Below, piece after piece: positions 60,866-64,000 of a stretch of 64,000 nt of DNA; position 1 is the stretch's first letter; each line of letters starts with the position of its first letter. Both the position numbers and the translations under genes were made by a program. The notes under the pieces were generated by a model. The model was not told where the DNA came from, did no database searches, and saw only the letters and a list, made by a program, of their open reading frames with translations. The stretch covers positions 6,664-70,663 of the forward strand of contig CAZNEQ010000001.1 in NCBI GenBank assembly GCA_964572265.1, read 5' to 3'. Origin of the DNA: an uncultured Candidatus Planktophila sp. Its GTDB lineage: Bacteria > Actinomycetota > Actinomycetes > Nanopelagicales > Nanopelagicaceae.

Positions 60866-62085
60866 GGAGTAACGCGAATACCCTTGCCAACAACAACTAT
60901 CCCAGAGTCGGTAACAGTAAATCGTTGACGGTCGCGCTCGAGATCTACGCCAATTTGAGCACCAGGTTCGACAATCACGCCCTTATCGATAATGGCCTTG
61001 CGAATCACGGCGCGTTCACCAATTTTGACACTCGGCATTAAGACAGAGCTATCAACAAAAGCGCCTGCTCCAACATGGACATCATAAGAAGTCACTGTGC
61101 GATTGACGTGTCCGCCAGAGACAATCGAACCTGCGCCAACGATGGAATCTTGCGCAATTCCATTTTCGGAGAACTTTGCAGGTGGAAGTGATGGCGGATT
61201 TGTAAGTAATGGCCATTCGCGGTTGTAGAGATTAAATATTGGATGTATAGAGACTAAATCCATATGTGCGTCGTAGTACGCATCAATCGAACCTACATCG
61301 CGCCAATATCCCTTATCGCGCTCGGTTGCTCCGGGAACAACGTTATGTTCGAAATCGTAGACCTTAGCCTGACCTGCAGCGGTCAGCATCGGAATGATAT
61401 TGCCACCGATATCGTGACGCGATTCGAGATCTTCAGAATCAAGGATCAAAGCTTCTTCCATCACGTCGCGCTTGAAGATGTAGTTACCCATGGAAACAAG
61501 TGCAAGATCAGGGTGACCCGGCATGGCCGGTGGATCAGATGGCTTCTCGTGGAATTGCTTGATGGTGATGCCATCTTCAGCTAATTCAATAACTCCAAAA
61601 TCATGCGCTTCAGAACGTGGCATGCGAATAGCAGCGATAGTGACGCCGGCACCTGTTGCGAGGTGCTGGTCATACATCTGGCTTGGATCCATGCGATAGA
61701 CGTGGTCTGCACCAAATACAACAACATGCTTTGGATTTTCATCTTGAATCAAATTGAAGTTCTGCAAAATTGCATCGGCAGATCCGGTATACCAACGCGG
61801 ACCGAGGCGCTGCTGCGCAGGCACTGGAGTGATGTAATTTTCGAGAAGAGTCGACATGCGCCAGGTCGTGGTGATGTGACGGTCAAGAGAGTGAGATTTG
61901 TACTGCGTTAATACCGCAATTTTGCGCATCTCAGCGTTAACGAGATTTGAGAGAACAAAGTCAATCAAACGATAAGAGCCGCCGAATGGAACTGCCGGTT
62001 TTGCACGATCGGCAGTTAATGGCATAAGGCGCTTTCCCTCGCCACCGGCAAGGACGATACCTAAAGGTCTATCGAAGCGCGCCAT
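60862..62085 (-). CDS. glgC: Glucose-1-phosphate adenylyltransferase
   Basis: [45 protein letters not shown]. Confidence 0.96.
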   Translation of the reverse strand: MARFDRPLGIVLAGGEGKRLMPLTADRAKPAVPFGGSYRLIDFVLSNLVNAEMRKIAVLTQYKSHSLDRHITTTWRMSTLLENYITPVPAQQRLGPRWYTGSADAILQNFNLIQDENPKHVVVFGADHVYRMDPSQMYDQHLATGAGVTIAAIRMPRSEAHDFGVIELAEDGITIKQFHEKPSDPPAMPGHPDLALVSMGNYIFKRDVMEEALILDSEDLESRHDIGGNIIPMLTAAGQAKVYDFEHNVVPGATERDKGYWRDVGSIDAYYDAHMDLVSIHPIFNLYNREWPLLTNPPSLPPAKFSENGIAQDSIVGAGSIVSGGHVNRTVTSYDVHVGAGAFVDSSVLMPSVKIGERAVIRKAIIDKGVIVEPGAQIGVDLERDRQRFTVTDSGIVVVGKGIRVTP

Positions 62086-62142
62086 GGATGAAGGTTACAG
62101 AAGTACCTACAACAAAGCCATAGTCACCGATACTCTTTCTCA

Positions 62143-63315
62143 ATGAGTAAGACTCGTATTGGGATTGTTACCAAAGAATGGCCACCCGCAGTTTATGGAG
62201 GCGCAGGCGTACATGTAGTCCAATTAACGGAAGCCCTTCGCAAATTATCTGATGTCCAGGTTGATGTTCACTGCTTCGGCGGATCTCGATCTGACGGCTC
62301 CTTTGGTTATGGAACGCCTGCTGAGTTTTCCGAGGCAAATCCCGCGCTCCAAGCACTCGCAACAGATCTTGCCATCGCAAACAATCTCGGCGAAGTCGAT
62401 GTAATCCACTCCCATACCTGGTACGCGAACATGGCTGGTCATACTGCTTCTCTACTTTATGGAACCCCACATATCGTCAGTGCGCATTCACTCGAGCCGC
62501 TTCGTCCATGGAAGGCCGAGCAGTTGGGTGGCGGATATCAAATTTCTTCTTGGTCGGAGAAAACTGCCTATGAGGGCGCTGCTGCAATCATCGCAGTAAG
62601 TGATGGAATGCGTGGCGATGTTTTGAGAGCCTATCCCAACGTAGATCCAGCGAAAGTTGTCACCATTCGCAACGGAGTGGATACAACTCGCTTTACACCA
62701 AACTCAGATACATCAGTATTAAAGGAATTCGGAATCACCGGTCGTTACGCAATTTTCGTCGGTCGCATTACCCGCCAAAAAGGTCTTGCTCATTTATTGC
62801 GTGCCTGGCGCGAAGTTCCAGATGACTATGGATTGGTGCTCGCTGCAGGAAGTCCCGATGAACCTGGAATTGGTGCAGAGGTAGCAGAACTCATTGCCGA
62901 GTTACAGAAGAGCCGGAAAAATGTTTGGTGGATTAAGGAGATGCTCCCCCACGAAAAGCTCACCGCTGCTCTGACACATGCCGATCTATTCTTATGTCCT
63001 TCTATCTACGAACCGCTCGGCATTGTTAATTTAGAGGCGATGGGGTGTGAAACCGCAGTGCTCGCTTCGCGCGTGGGCGGTATTCCTGAAGTTGTAAGCC
63101 ACACCAATACTGGAGAGCTCGTCGATTACACAGAGGGTGATATTCCACGATTTGAAGGCGCTCTAACAGAGGCAATTACGCGTTTAATGGCGCAACCAGA
63201 GTTGCTCAAGCGTTACGGCGCTGCAGGACGCCAACGCGCAATTGCGGAATTTGGGTGGGATGCAGTTGCTGCAACTACACTCGCCCTATATCAATCTGTC
63301 ATCAATAATCGCTAA
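62143..63315 (+). CDS. glgA: Actinobacterial GlgA/GlgM (alpha-maltose-1-phosphate synthase, GT4)
   Basis: EWPPAVYGGAGVHV, HSHTWY, HSLEPLRPWKAEQLGGGY, FVGRITRQKG, YEPLGIVNLEA; divergent from glgC. Confidence 0.93.
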   Translation: MSKTRIGIVTKEWPPAVYGGAGVHVVQLTEALRKLSDVQVDVHCFGGSRSDGSFGYGTPAEFSEANPALQALATDLAIANNLGEVDVIHSHTWYANMAGHTASLLYGTPHIVSAHSLEPLRPWKAEQLGGGYQISSWSEKTAYEGAAAIIAVSDGMRGDVLRAYPNVDPAKVVTIRNGVDTTRFTPNSDTSVLKEFGITGRYAIFVGRITRQKGLAHLLRAWREVPDDYGLVLAAGSPDEPGIGAEVAELIAELQKSRKNVWWIKEMLPHEKLTAALTHADLFLCPSIYEPLGIVNLEAMGCETAVLASRVGGIPEVVSHTNTGELVDYTEGDIPRFEGALTEAITRLMAQPELLKRYGAAGRQRAIAEFGWDAVAATTLALYQSVINNR

Positions 63316-63346
63316 GTCAATTCACTACTTAAGTATCGAGGTAATA

Positions 63347-64000
63347 ATGTCGCGTCGCGGCTGGTTTCTTTTTGTAATGACCGGATTCCTTTGGGGAATT
63401 CCTTATATCTTTATCTCTGTTGCTGTTGACCCTGATGATGGCTTTACTCCGGCAATTGTTGTCTTTATGCGTACCGCCATCGGTGCGGCCATTCTTTTGC
63501 CTTGGGCGCTACGCCAGAAGTCTTTGATGCCAGCTATTCGAGGCTGGAAGTATGTGATTCCTTATGCGTTCCTCGAAATGATTGGTCCATGGATTTTGAT
63601 TGGAACAGCTGAGCAGAAGATCTCATCTGGATTAGCTGGATTACTTGTAGCCTCGGTACCAATTTGGGCCACCATCTTTGCTTCACTCCATGGCGATAAA
63701 ACAGTGTGGCATCACAAACGACTTTTTGGCTTAGTTATCGGATTTATCGGACTCTTACTTGTTGTTGGTATTGAAAGCATCAAGGGATCTTCGGATCCGC
63801 TCTCTATCGTGATGGTTCTTGTAGCTTCTGTCTGCTATGCCTACGCAGTGATGTTTGTGCAGAACGGACTTCCTGGAGTCTCTGGAATTGCTATCAATGC
63901 GGTAGCAATGCTCTTTACCTCTATCTTCTACCTTCCGTTCACCCTTACACAGTGGCCTACTCACTCAATCTCCATCAATGCAGTGTGGGCTGTGGTCGGC
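63347..64000 (+). CDS. DMT/EamA family transporter (3' end runs off window)
   Basis: Hand translation from ATG 63347 (GAGG RBS): MSRRGWFLFVMTGFLWGIPYIFISVAV...AEQKISSGLAGLLVASVP. Confidence 0.88.
   Translation, partial: MSRRGWFLFVMTGFLWGIPYIFISVAVDPDDGFTPAIVVFMRTAIGAAILLPWALRQKSLMPAIRGWKYVIPYAFLEMIGPWILIGTAEQKISSGLAGLLVASVPIWATIFASLHGDKTVWHHKRLFGLVIGFIGLLLVVGIESIKGSSDPLSIVMVLVASVCYAYAVMFVQNGLPGVSGIAINAVAMLFTSIFYLPFTLTQWPTHSISINAVWAVVG

Overview
Compact chromosomal window with very short intergenic spacers. Gene content and order point to an actinobacterium, probably a streamlined freshwater lineage such as acI/Nanopelagicales (inferred, not proven). In order it holds trpE (partial) and the his operon, dnaE, rluA-lspA, a histone-like/DksA fusion, ileS with a translational T-box, and the dcw cluster (mraZ to yggT, with no divIVA at its usual place). 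Next come a DNA-damage cassette (DUF6504/ImuB-C-like, dnaE2, dinB) under apparent PafBC plus LexA control, two carotenoid blocks (crtA-cruF-cruG-crtD-like and crtE-crtI-crtB), and a PnuC transporter plus kinase. The end holds pknL-like kinase, nfo, ltaE, ogt, class II DAHP synthase, pfk, an esterase and glgC/glgA(M). The top candidate for something new is a TPP-riboswitch-like RNA at about 50974-51058. Its pyrimidine-binding half is intact, but its pyrophosphate-binding internal loop is replaced by a continuous helix, and it sits before the PnuC transporter and kinase. The second candidate is an ImuA/ImuB-less mutasome. No mobile elements, CRISPR arrays, rRNA or tRNA were seen. All calls come from reading motifs by eye; no database searches were run.
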